From positions 15,748,001 to 15,812,000 of the forward strand of contig OX597815.1 of assembly GCA_951406725.2 (NCBI GenBank): 64,000 nucleotides of DNA, read 5' to 3'. Position numbers and translations under genes: made by a program. This DNA comes from Octopus vulgaris. Lineage: Eukaryota. A model generated the notes under the pieces. The model saw only the letters and a program-made list of their open reading frames with translations, was not told the origin of the DNA and ran no database searches. This document shows, piece after piece, positions 25,698 through 39,430 of the stretch (position 1 is the stretch's first letter; every line of letters begins with the position of its first letter).

Positions 25698-25862
25698 ATG
25701 GGCGTGGCCATTGCCAGTACTACCGAACTGGCCATCGTGCCGGTGGCACGTAAAAGCATCCACTACACTCTCGGAGTGGTTGGCATTAGGAAGGGCATCC
25801 AGCTGTAGAAACTCTGCCAGATCAGATTGGAGTCTTGACCTCAGTGGACGTTAAATGATGAT
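25698..25862 (+). mobile_element. SINE-like family A
   Basis: Family A core and gttaaatgatgat tail. Confidence 0.85.
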
Positions 25863-28800
25863 TTATAAATATATATACACACACACACATATATATTTAC
25901 ACACAAACACAAATTTCTAATAAGTAACCAACTTAGTTTTCCGCTACTTGTTTTGCTATCACGTGGTAACAATCTTTATAAAATACAATTCTAAGTACAC
26001 CTGCTTTCAATGACAAAAGCAAAAGGGATTGACAATAAACTTGTGAACACTATAACTGCTTATGTCCCTCTAATGTAACTAGAGAAAAGAGATTCAAAAC
26101 TGAAAAGTGTGAGCAGTTACTGACAGGTGGGGGATAAACAAAACCCAACAGAAACTTCTCTTCAAACAGAGACTCTTTTGTTACATGAAGCTTCAAAAGG
26201 AAGTCTAGCATTCAAGCTTTTGCAAAGACAATCTTTTTGATAATTGGGTCAGGTTTAATACCACTCATCTGTAATGTCTTCATATTCAAATAGAAAACTG
26301 ATTTTCCACTACAAGAACCAAAGATCGCACAAAAGAAATTAACAGAGTACATTTACATAAGCAAATCCAGAGCTAGTCCTTACTAAGGCAATAAATGCTA
26401 ATAAGTAAATAATCATATTGCTTTACTAGTACTTTATCAGTTTACGAATTTTAGAGTTACTGATCTTATTCCTTAAATTAAGAATGTTAATCAAAGATAA
26501 TGAAAACCAAATTAGCCACAATAATAATTTACAACCTCTCTTTACCAAGCCATTTTTGTAAAGAAACAGTACAAACAATTGAATCCATACTCCTCAAATA
26601 CATTCTATCATCTAAGACAAATAAACCAAAGCAATCTTACTGGTATGTATTTTATGAAGCTTATATGGAAATAAAAACTTAGCTATCTGTAATTAATAGC
26701 AATGGTAACAAATATGAAGTTCTTTCGGCTAAACTCAAAGCCAGTGTTTGGTGAAAGTGATTGAATAGACTGCAGTATATTATTGGTAATATTTTATTGA
26801 TCTGAAAAGTATGACCTAAGTAACATTGGCAAGATTTAAACTTATGTGTGGGGGAGTAGAAGGTGAAACTAAACATTTAGTCGGACACAGCAGTTTTAGT
26901 AGTGTGTGGAAGGGTGAAACTAAATATGTGTAGACTGGTGCTATACAATTTAGTATAATTACATTTCTAACATTGGAACAAATATAGAAATTCTGCATGG
27001 TGTATACTTGATTAAATCAACCCCAGCACTTGTCTAGTATATATATATATATATCATCAACCTTGGAAAGATGAAGAATCAAGCCAGCCTCAAAATACAG
27101 ACATAACTAAATACTACAAATGAATTTGTCAGTTGCTCTTTTCTTACACCGAGCAGAATTACTAGCTTCAATCAATCCCAATATCTAGATACTGCTTATT
27201 TCATCATTCTTCAAAATCTGAAACGCAAAAATCAACTTAAATGAGATTGACTGCACTACAGAATGAACATAATGAAAAATGAACAATGGTAATAATAATT
27301 TATTTTATTTTTCTGAAAAAGCAAAAAGAAATTCTGAAAAGGAAGAAAGTATATAAAAGTATGAACCAACAGGAAAACTAAAAAAACATCAAACAAAAGT
27401 AAAAAAAAACAAAAAGCAATATATCCTAATCCCCAAACCAATTGAGAAATTCTACAAGAGAGGACAGAAGGGAATAATTGAAAAGGCAGTAATTTAAACA
27501 ACTGTCTAGTTAGTGCGATTCACATGTCCATAAATAATAGTTTGTGTAGGTCAGTCACAAGTACGGTGAAAGGTAAATAGAGACTGACTATTTTTGAGTT
27601 TTCAACACGATTGCAAGTGAATAGACAGAGACAATTCAATCAGATGAGACATTTCAGGCACTCTTTGGTACATTGCAGTTCAATGTCTAAATATTACTAC
27701 ACCAATCCTAATAAAACTAAATCAAACCACAGAAGGGGCATCTATGCCTGACCTGCTAAAACTAGCAATGAAAATCCACCCCCAAAGAATCACCCCTACC
27801 ATCTTAAAAAAGGACACATTGGACAATATAGTTCGAGATACAAAATGTCCAAAAAAGTAAGTGAATGGGCAGAATTGAACACCTTCAATCTGAAGTCTGC
27901 AGGATCAAAAGTGAAATAAGAAGAAAGTATTGCCAATAAACCCAACTCATTTTAAAAAGGACCCTAAACAATATTTGAAGGGATCACCAAGAATGATGAG
28001 CTGAAGAATCCTCACTACAGACTACAGTGAACATATTTTCTATAATTAGAATAACAAATGTGTTAATCATTTTTTTTTTTTTGTGAAAGTTTAAAAAAAT
28101 ACATATATCTGTTCCAAAATTAACTGAAGCTACAAAAAAAATTAAATATTGCAAAATATATGCTATTGTTTAACCCCAGATCAGATAAATCAAGCAGACC
28201 TATCTTCAACCACGAGCACCACATCTTTCTCATATCAGGGACCATATTCCAATATATCCTTAAGATTATAGGATGGCATTGGGTTGTTATTTCTAGCAGG
28301 GCAAACAACCACATACAGGTTTCCTAGGTTGGTGTTGATGAAAGGGGAGGTAATGATGGCAGTGCTGCAGAGGATGTTAGTGGTAGTAAATGTTGTTGGC
28401 GGTGGTGATGTGTCAGTGATCTGATCTCACTGACCCCACCTGAAAAATTATCCCATGGAGTTACTACCTGAAGATTCATCACTATGATATTTCAGCATTG
28501 AATTGCCACTATGCGAAATCTGGGATGAAGATTCTTCTGGTGATTCAATGTAAGCTGACTATATTTGCCAATTTCAAAATAGATAAAAACTAACAGGTTT
28601 CTTCTTTCACAGCTGCTATTTTAATGTTTTTATAAGGGTCACATTGTTTATCATGGTTATAATATGGCTGTGTGATAGGGAACAACAGGTTGTAAGAATG
28701 CATCCAACACTAAAAACACTGGCAATAGTATAAATATATGACAAAACAGCATAACATTTTCTTTGTACTATTAACTGATTTGCCTCAGACTAAAAGAAAA

Positions 28801-29799
28801 TTATTCAACAACAGACATAATTTTCTTCAATAAAGTGAAAATTTATGCACATTTTTACAACACAAAAAAAAAATTAAGTTCGAAAATTAAGAACAGTTAA
28901 TTTTAAAAACTAAACTAAGGCCTAATTTTTTTTTCAAATTAAACTATTTATATATATTTTATTCAAAATGTTTTAAGTGGTAACAATTTCTTTCTTGAGG
29001 AGAACAAGCTCCTTTCATAGAGAGTGATAGATGTTACTGATTAACTGATGTGGTACTTTCAAGCTAAAGTAGCCAACCATTTAATCTTTCCATTCTATTT
29101 AGCTCTTTTTCAATTTTCTGCTTCCTGAAGCCTCAGTATGCCATATTTAGATTGGCTGTAGGATTACCCAGCCATACTGGCTAATAGCAGGTTGGACAAA
29201 ACACTCTTACGGTAGAGTGATTAGCCCCAGACATCAGTAATTACCATAATGGAATCATCATGTATATTAAATAAACATCAAAAGTATTAGCTATGCATGT
29301 ATACAAGGACATTATAATAATAATAATGCCAGATACATTCTAAATTAACCCAAGAAAAAAAAAAGAATAAGCTTTTGGTTGACAGTAGAAGGTAACAGCA
29401 ATAGACAACTTATGGGGAAGAGGTTAGGACAGATCTGAAAATGAAGACTCATCCGCCCAATGCCAAAATACAAAAGTGAATATCAAAGCAGAAGTGATGA
29501 AGTACAATGAAAATGTTATTCCATGGAGAAGCAAATTATTAAATAAATTTTGCATAATCGTGTTCTAGTCTTTAGTATTTTTCTTTTTAACTATGGGTCA
29601 AGAAAGGTGTTAAATTTCATATTAGAAATGATTTAGTCACAACATAGCAGCTATGAGGGTGATCGTTGTATTCTTTCTTGTCGTGAGGTTCACAGCCAAA
29701 CGGCCGGGTGGATTCGCGTGAAAAGTGGCACACATGTGGAGACAGGTGCATAGATTGGAATGCGGTTTGTATTTTTTTTTTTCTAGCATCCATACTTAC

Positions 29800-29940
29800 C
29801 GAGAAAATCAATTAAAACTTTTCTAATTGAATTCCCCTGTTTGTTACGCCATTAAAACAAACAATTGCTCACACAGCCAGCATTTCGCTAGCAACAAGGG
29901 GAGTACAGGATGACAGTTAGCCAAAAACTTCCGCTATGCT
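29800..29940 (-). promoter_or_regulatory. Candidate alternative 5' exon/promoter
   Basis: Donor TCG|gtaagtat at 29800/29799, local CpG enrichment (29680-29935), ETS-like GCGGAAGT near 29930. Confidence 0.4.
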
Positions 29941-30475
29941 GTCCCTCTTTCACCTCTTTGTGGGGTTAATAACCTTAATCTTTAGTTACATTTTCTCATT
30001 CAAACTACATAATAGGCAGAGTTGTCGGATTAAGACAGTAGGGTGTTTTGAGGGAGATTTGGCTGCTATTTCTACCAGGTCTAGCTACCATGTACAGGTC
30101 AAAACTTAATTTTCATTCATATATGCCTAACCGAAAACGATTACAGCCACATCATCCAAACAGACCGAGTGAAACTGGACTTAGCTGCTAGTTAACTATA
30201 AATTCAACTACAGTAAGTACTATTTCATTACATTTTATTTTAACGAAGAGTGCAGCTATTTAAAGTGCTGATATCAAAGACAATCTAACACCTACTACAC
30301 CTTAGAGAAAACTGTAGTGGGGGAGGGAATGAACTGATTACAGAACTGATTGTAAATCTAGGTTAAAGGATCAAAACTGAAATCAGTAACATGAGACATA
30401 ATAAGAAGGTAGTGGTGGATATAAATAATAGAATACTGAGGTGTGGGAGTAACAGTAGTTATGGCAGTAACTTAC

Positions 30476-30610
30476 CAGAATGAATTGTAATATCTAATCT
30501 TTCATGAATGAGGGGAGGGAGTATCTTCTTCCCTCGCTCATAACTATCACCAGTGAGCTTTATCAGTCAGTCAGTAGCAGAGTTATGTTCAACACACACT
30601 GACTCATCAT
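30476..30610 (-). promoter_or_regulatory. Candidate alternative 5' exon/promoter
   Basis: Donor CTG|gtaagtta at 30476/30475; TGAGTCA with overlapping Inr-like TCAGT near 30600, preceded by a (GA)n tract. Confidence 0.35.
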
Positions 30611-31050
30611 CTAACCATGTCTCTCTTTCTCTCTCTCTCTCTCCTGCGCACACACACACACCACACAACTGTAGAAAGATTTTATTTGTAATGGGAGCGG
30701 TTTTCCGCATACACACACTGATGACTATTGAAAACTTGCAAATTAATATTTTGATCCTTAGGATCAGGTGTTCAAGAAAATGTTTCACTTATAATAGTAT
30801 TTCTGGAACATTTACCCCTTTTACATACATCGGAAGGAAAGAAAACAACACCTGAGATGATTAAACCTAATCTAAACTGAAATGCATTAGGTTTTTTGCA
30901 GGTATACAAGGCAGATAATATTTCAAAGTGCCATGGATATGTCCAGTGATCTCCACAGGTGAATCATTGCAACAAGTGCACATGACATTAACATCATTAA
31001 TGAATAACCAGTAATAATTTTTATGCATGCGTGCACATCTCTCTCTCTTT

Positions 31051-31085
<35 letters not shown>

Positions 31086-31155
31086 TCTTTATATGTATAG
31101 ATATAGATATATATATATATTTATTTATATAAATATATTTATATATAGATATCTT

Positions 31156-31187
<32 letters not shown>

Positions 31188-31356
31188 AAAAATATCTTTA
31201 TATGTATAGATATATATATATATATATATAAATATATTTATATATAGATATCTTTATATATATATATATATTTATTTATATAAATATATTTATATACAGA
31301 TATCTTTATATATATATATATATATAAATATATTTATTTATATATAGATATCTTTA

Positions 31357-31569
31357 CTGGCTCCGTGCCGGTGGCACATAAAAAGCACCAACTAATCGTG
31401 ACCATTGCCAGTGGCACGTAAAAAGCACTCACTACACTCATGGAGTGGTTGGCGTTAGGAAGGGCATCCAGCTGTAGAAACACTGCTAGATCAGACTGGA
31501 GCCTGGTACACCCTGGTCGAACCGTCCAACCCATGCTAGGATGGAAAACGGACGTTAAACGATGATGAT
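31357..31569 (+). mobile_element. SINE-like family A
   Basis: Family A core and gttaaacgatgatgat tail inside an AT microsatellite field. Confidence 0.85.
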
Positions 31570-31625
31570 CTTCATATATATATATATATATATATATATG
31601 ATGATATATATATATATTTATATAT

Positions 31626-33745
31626 AAATTACTAGCAATTACTAGCAAGGAAGAGGGCAGCTCATCAAGCCCACCTCGCACAACCAGCCTCTCCTGTAAA
31701 GAAAGCTACCTTTTGATGCGCATGCAGCACCCTACAGTGCAAACTCAGAGAAATACAGAATGAGTGGTAGGACCACCTGGCGTGGAGAACCCGGCTGTGT
31801 GCTGACCTCAGAGACTATAGAGGCTCTGAAAGCAGTATATGGCCCCACCCACCTGGTCCAGATGGACAGGACCTCCTCACCGATAACACCTCCATCCTCG
31901 CTCGCTGGTCCGAGCACTTCCAAAGCCTCTTCAGTGCTAACCGCATCATACAGGACGCTGCCATCCATCACGTTCCTCAACTTCCACTCAAAGAGGAGCT
32001 CGACGAACCACCCACCCTCGAAGAGACGACTGAAGCCATAGGACAACTCAAGAGTCGCAAAACAGCAGGAGTTGACCGCATCCCACCAGAAATCTGAAAG
32101 AATAGAGGTCCGACGCTCCATGATTATTTTGTCTGCTGCTGGGAGCAGAGCAAGCTGCCACAGGATCTTCGCGACACCGTCATCATAACCCTGTACAAGA
32201 ACAAGGGTGAGAAGTCTGACTGCTCCAACTACCGGGCAATCACCCTACTCTCCATCGCTGGCAAAGTACTTGCCAGTATCCTGTTCAACAGGCTCTTACC
32301 AACCATCGCTGAAGAAAACCTCCCTGAGAGCCAGTGTGGCTTCAGAGCCAATAGAGTCACAACAGATATGGTGTTCGTCCTCCGCCAACTTCAAGTGCCG
32401 AGAACAAAATAGGGAACTCTATGCTACTTTTGTCGACCTCACAAAAGCATTTGACACAGTGAGCAGGACAGGACTATGGCTCATCCTGGAACAACTTGGA
32501 TGTCCCACCAAGTTTCTACAGATGGTGATCCAGGGGCATGAGAATCAGCTTGGCCAGATCAGACTCAACGTTGACCTATCGGAGACCTTCCCCATCTCCA
32601 ACGGCGTGAAGCAGGGTTATGTCCTGGCACCAACTCTCTTCAGCATCTTTTTCAGCATGATGATCAAGCATACAACTGAAGATATGGAGGATGGGGATGG
32701 GGTGTATGTTAGGTATTGTCTGGATGGTAGCCTCTTCAATCTATGCCACCTCCAAGCCCACACCAAGACCTAGGAGAGGCTGATCCAAGACCTTCTCTTC
32801 ACAGACGATGCTATCCTTGTCGCCCACACAGAGCGAGCTCTGCAGCGCATCATGTCCTGCTTTGCAGACACCTCGTGACTCTTTGGCCTCAAGAAGACGG
32901 AGGTACTTCACCAACCTAGAACCCCAAGAGGAATACTGCCCACCCCACATCACTATCTGCAGTACTGAACTGAAATCAACACAGCAGTTCACATACCTGG
33001 GCTGCATCATCTCATCCGATGCAAGGATCGACAAAGAAATTGAAAATAGACTCTCTAAAGCAAATAGGTCCTTTGGCAGATTGTACAAACATGTTTGGCA
33101 CAATAATAACCTGAAGAACAAAACAGGGAGCAGTGTCTACAAGACCGTGGTTCTCACCACTCTTCTCTACAGCTCAGAGACCTGGATCACCTACTGCAGT
33201 CACATCCGTCTCCTAGAGCGCTTCCACCAGCGATATCTCAGCACCATCCTCAACATACACGGGTGACTTCGTCACAAACAATGAAGTTTTGGAGCGGGCC
33301 GAGATCACCAGCATTGGAGCCATGCTACTGAAGTCCCACCTCCGATGGGCAGAGCATGTCTCCAGAATGGAGAACCATCGCCTTTCTAAGATTGCCCTAT
33401 TTGGCGAACTCTCCACCGGCCAACTTGAGAGAGGAGCCCCGAGGAAGTGCTACAAAGACTGCCTCAAGAAGTCTCTCACAGCATGTCATATTAACCACCA
33501 ATGCTGGACCGTGATGTCTGGCACCACACGATCTTCAACATGGTCAACGAATTTGAGGAACATAGAAGAGATGCAGGAGGAAGGCGCAAGCCTCCTCTGA
33601 CACCACACCAGATGTTACCTTCATCTGTGGACACTGCTCACAGACCTGCCTTTCTCGTATCGGACTTGTCAGACATGAGCGTGCATGCACACAACGTGGA
33701 CAGCCTTCATGATCTTCATTTGGGAAGCCAAGCCATGATGATGAT
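31626..33745 (+). mobile_element. 5'-truncated RTE (BovB-like) LINE with disrupted RT ORF
   Basis: FVDLTKAFDTVSR, NGVKQGYVLAPTLFSIFF, QFTYLGCIISSDARIDKEIENRLSKA, LRWAEHVSRM, C-terminal CxxC...H motif and (ATG)n tail; stops and frameshifts throughout. Confidence 0.95.
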
Positions 33746-33776
33746 ATATATACTTATTTATATATTTAGATATAAT

Positions 33777-33815
<39 letters not shown>

Positions 33816-34410
33816 TTATTTATATATATATTTTATACTTATATATATATATTTTATACTTATTTATATATATATATTTTATATTTATATATTTATTTAT
33901 ATGTATATATTTTATACTTATATATATATATTTTATACTTATTTATATATATATATTTTATATTTATATATTTATTTATATGTATATATTTTATATTTAT
34001 ATATTTTTTATATATATATTTTATATTTATATATTTATTTATATATTTTTATATATATATATTTTATATTTATATATTTATTTATATATTTTTATATATA
34101 TATATTTTATATTTATATATTTATTTATATATTTTTATATATATATATTTTATATTTATTTATATATTTTTATATATATATATTTATATACTTATTTATA
34201 TATTTTTATATATATATATTTATATACTTATTTATATATTTTTATATATATATATTTTATATTTATTTATATATATATATATATTATTTTATTTATATAT
34301 ATATATATATTTTATATTTATTTATATATATATATATATTTTTATATTTATTTATATATATATATATATTTTATATTTATTTATATATATATATATATAT
34401 TATATTTATT

Positions 34411-34502
<92 letters not shown>

Positions 34503-34650
34503 AATTTGGAATAATATTCCTTCATATTATTATATATATTATATATATATATATAAATTTGGAATAATATTCCTTCATATTATTATATATATTTATTTAT
34601 ATATTTATATATAGATAGATATATAGACATATAGATATATAGATAGATAT

Positions 34651-34739
<89 letters not shown>

Positions 34740-35070
34740 CATACAGATAGACATATTGATATAGATAGACAAACAGATATAGATAGACAGACCGACAGAC
34801 ATAGATAGACCGACAGACATAGACCGACAGACAGACATATATAGACAGATATAGATAGACATACAGATATAGATAGACAGACAGATATAGATAGACAGAC
34901 AGATATAGATAGACAGATACAGATACATAGACAGATACAGATACATAGACAAATACAGATAGATAGACAAATACAGATAGATAGACAGATACAGATAGAT
35001 ATAGATAGATAGACAGATATATACATATATATAGACAGATACAGATATATAGATAGATGACAGACAGACA
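33746..35070. repeat. Compound microsatellite: AT-rich field, then (GATA)n/(GACA)n
   Basis: Seen directly; source of the spurious YI and LSIY ORFs. Confidence 0.97.
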
Positions 35071-35079
35071 GATTGAAGT

Positions 35080-35720
35080 ACTAAAGCGTGGGCACATACA
35101 CTAAAGCACACATACATGAAAATCAGGCGCAAAAGCACACACCACCTGACATCCTAAAATCATAACGTTGAAGCATACCTCACTAAAATCAATACGCTAA
35201 AGCACACACACACACACATTCTAAAGCTACACGCTACAATACACACACCCTAAAATTCATTTGCCAAAGAGCGCGCGCGCACGCACACATACACACCAAA
35301 ATTGTATGTCAAAGCACACACAAACTCATATGCCAAAGAACAAAATCAAACACTAAAGCAGTGGTTATTCGTAAAATTTCTCGTTACCTACTTAATGAGG
35401 TGTCAAAATAGTTTGCATCCATATAATTTCTTCTGAAGTTGGAACAAGATTATAAAGTTTTAAACCATCTTAATTTTATTTAGCACAGCAATTTGCATGT
35501 CCCCCCACACGTCGGGCAAGTCTCACTATAAGAAATAACACTAAAGCACACATACATACGCACACTAAAACTATACCAAATTACACACATGCCAAAAGCA
35601 TATACTTATTATATACTGCAGCGCGCACCCACAGATATAAAGCATACACTAAAATTATGCACAAATGCACACTTCATACATAAACTACTAAAATCATACA
35701 TTAAAATGCACACAAACCAA
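35080..35720. repeat. Degenerate minisatellite built on ctaaagcacac / ctaaaatcata motifs
   Basis: Motifs recur more than ten times; interrupted by an unrelated ~180 bp segment at about 35359-35540. Confidence 0.6.
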
Positions 35721-38679
35721 ACGCAAAAAGATACTCTTTCCAGAAGCCAACGGAGAAACCTCTACAAACTCGTTCGACCTGCTACAAGTAGTAGCCAAAT
35801 CCGCATAGATAATATAGGTCAGGGTTCCGTCCAACCTTATGAAAAAGACGACTATTAACAGCTTTGAATATATGGTCTGTCGTATCAGGGCAGACCTCGA
35901 AGCTGGCGTACACACACACACACACATCTATAAAAAAGAATGTGTAGCGACGACTACGTATTTAATGTATTTCTCGTAGGCAGAAATCTAAAACTAAATG
36001 GCCCCACCCAACAGTACCATAAATTTAGTTGAAATAGAGGGAGCAACAGCGATATGGATCTGTTGAAGAACCAACAAGCTGTAATTTTGTGAAGCTATTC
36101 TATGGCTTCTAGTAAGAGCAGTAGGCTCACTTCAACAGTGACTCATAGCACAAACGCGAGACACACTAAGATTATGTGATTCACACCCAATTAATGCAGA
36201 GGGTATATAGATTTGTGTAAACATTAACTATAATAATATATATAAATATATTAGCCCGCATTCATAAATATACATATGTTTATAATTTAATATACAGAGT
36301 ACGTCTATGCAGATTCACTCGTGAATATATTACTAGTTTAAACATACATATTTGTTCATATTCCTCTCTGACGATCGATCTATATACACACATTATACAC
36401 AAATACATATATTTTTACACACACATAAGGAAAATAGCCAGTTTGTTTTATAACGCATTAAGGTATTTATTTTTTCTTCCCACACATTATTGCAAAAACC
36501 AAACCACCGGGTGTACGTATTCTCTACCTTCGCCAGATTATCTGTCTATGAGAGAATGCATATATCAAACGTGTAAATTATATGCATGCGGGCAAACTAC
36601 CCGTTATTTTAGGTTATATCTTGCACGTAGTCATGTACATTATTAATACCAATCAGATGTACGTGACAGTGTTGTTGCGATATTACCATAATTGCAACGA
36701 AAATAGCTAAATAGCTACCAGAATTTTCATACATTGGACGGACATACAAAAAAAAAAGTGCTAGGTAAATGGATCTCCGTCTGTTTTGATGCTGAGTAAG
36801 CCAGTTGTTAGATCAAGTGAACTATACATGAAGTAGCTGAGTATTCCAGACACATCCAAGCCGAATCAGTATGACACTGACCTTCTGAAATAAAAGTACG
36901 ATCCGCGCTGCTAGTTTCCATTTAACGAATTTCACTCAACAAGGCTTGGTTGGGTCGAACAGAAGCTATATAACCTAAGACACTCGCCTCGTACAATAGA
37001 ATTCAAACTTGAGATCTCATGATTTGCAAAACAATATTAACCACTCGATCATATCTGCGCCATGTATATATGTGTGGACAGACCTGTATGATGAGACCTG
37101 TAACTCGAATGTACATATTTGTACAAGAAGACTTTAAATTCAAATGACCTACATAGTTAGTATGCGTTAGGCACACCCGAAGTCACAGATGGCTTGTCTG
37201 GGAATTTCTAATATTATGAGAGAATTACATTAAAAAAACTACTTTCAAATGATTTTCACTGACGAATAAAATTTAAGTCGATGTGACAGTGAACAGGGAA
37301 CTAGACTTTGGTGAGGATTATGCTTTACATTAAGCACAAATTCGAATGTCACTTTGGAATAAATTTTGTACATTCTGAGCGTGATTCTGCTTATCTACAT
37401 CTGTGGTATGGTAATTTTAATAGTCCTTGTACCACATATCTCAATACATATTTAGGTTTGAGATATACATTTGTAGATGTGACTATATAATAGGAAGATG
37501 TTACAAAAGTGATCAAAGAGTCGAGAGTTTCGTGCAGGGCACTTTGATAAATTATATATACTCGAGTATAGAATCCTATTTTTTATATTGCTCTACCAAA
37601 CCCCTATATGTCTCAAGATGCGTGTTTAAGAGAGTATATAAATGCTGGTGTATATAAAAGTTGTGTAAAGCTTTAAATATGAGGTCCACAACCCCAAGGA
37701 AAATATCCGAAGTGAAATGTTTTGATTTTGTCGAGCTATATCGAAGGAATGTCGACATATTTGTATCTGGGCGTGTCTGCTTTAAGAATCCGTCTGCAGG
37801 GTTTCTGTGAAATGCATTAAAAAAAAAAATCCCCACAAATGGTTTGTTGAAACCAATTTTGATAGGATTTTGAAGAGTTGGATGAGGTTTTTCCAGTGGT
37901 TTTCTTTCATATAAATAAATGTTTATTATGTTAATTAAAAAATTTGCCAGCAAAATCTTATGAAATGACAATGTTCTAAACAAAATGTACGTGTTTATGT
38001 TATATATGTAAAAATAAAAGGCTTAAAGATGTATGCACATTACGTATGCATATTTACTTTGCATGCATGGATGTGCAGTTTGCATGCAGAAGAAGTATGT
38101 ACGAGTGTATAGCAGGTGACTAATTTTGAATATATATATATATATAACGGTGGTGGTCAAGCGTTGCTAGTATCTAATGTTTAAATTAAATTTAAAATAT
38201 ATGTAACAGGTTGACTTCACCCTGTTCAATAGGCCTACGAGAGGTTCGAACCCGACACCTGTCAGTTACTAAATCTGATACGGTACAACCGAAGTTCCTA
38301 TTTAAATTTTTTTTATTATAACACACACACACGTGCATACATGCATGCATGTATACATATATATATAAATAAATATAAAATATATATGTATAAATATAAA
38401 TTAGAGATAAAACCACAATCAGGCAATTCAAACAGTGATAGACATAAACCAATACATAAAATATATTGAGAAATTTGATTTAATACTAAATTTTAATACT
38501 GAATTTTTCCCTGTAAGTTTGGAGATATACTCCCTAATATTATTATAATAGATATATATATATACAGAGAGAGAGAGAGAGACTGGGAGATCCCGCCATC
38601 TTGCAGAAATATTTTCCTCTTATTTAGAAAAAGATCTGTCACTAGAGGTATAGGTAAAAATTTACCTTAACAATTTACC

Positions 38680-38683
<4 letters not shown>

Positions 38684-38714
<31 letters not shown>

Positions 38715-38769
38715 GCGCGCACTCTATGGCGTGTGCGTGTGTGTGTATATATATATGTGTGTATATATA

Positions 38770-38856
<87 letters not shown>

Positions 38857-38933
38857 GTGTGTGTGAGTATATATATGTGTGTGTATATATATGTGTGGGT
38901 GTGTATATATATGTGTGTGTGTGTATATATATA

Positions 38934-38964
<31 letters not shown>

Positions 38965-39075
38965 GTGTGTATGTGTATATATATGTGTGTGTGTGTGTAT
39001 TTATATATATGCATATATATTCAATTAAACGGACAATACATATATATATACACACACACACACACTCACATATGT
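38684..39075. repeat. Compound (TA)n/(TG)n microsatellite
   Basis: Seen directly. Confidence 0.97.
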
Positions 39076-39261
39076 GCACACGCACCATAGTTTATGGTTG
39101 CTGTGCATTGAATATCGGTCGACAGAAAAAATGTTAAGTCAGAGGGGGGGAAAAGTTTTTCGTCTTGTTAAATAACACCCTCCCTGCACGTAAATTCCCC
39201 AAAAAAAAACAGAGGAACGTAAAGGAAACGAACTTCAATATATATATATTATATATATTAC

Positions 39262-39430
39262 CTTTTCTATAAACTGGAAGCAGACACAAACTCCACTGTA
39301 AACTGAAGACCAAGAGGCGAGTTTACCACCAGATGATATGGCGTCTGTGATGGATGTAACACTTGTGTGCAGCTCTCTCAAAGTCATGCACCACACCCCA
39401 GCCGCTAAGAAGGCAGTTTTACTCGATTAA
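39262..39430 (-). other. Candidate 5' exon 1 of alpha-spectrin
   Basis: Unique sequence at the edge of a CpG-rich region, ending in donor AAG|gtaata (39262/39261); YY1-like CGCCAT at 39338-39343. The link to spectrin and the 5' boundary are inferred. Confidence 0.55.

Noticed and set aside
28320-28560. Possible small Ser-rich exon on the minus strand
   Set aside because: Weak acceptor, short frame ending in a stop, and no homology recognised.
33501-35138. Long ORFs (up to 337 aa) of YI/LSIY repeats; likewise at 38.7, 46.0 and 52.7 kb
   Set aside because: Translations of microsatellites that lack stop codons; not genes.
38230-38298. tRNA-like sequence with GGTTCGAACC on the minus strand
   Set aside because: No complete cloverleaf or acceptor stem; probably a SINE head remnant. 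Heads of families B and C are likewise not tRNA genes.
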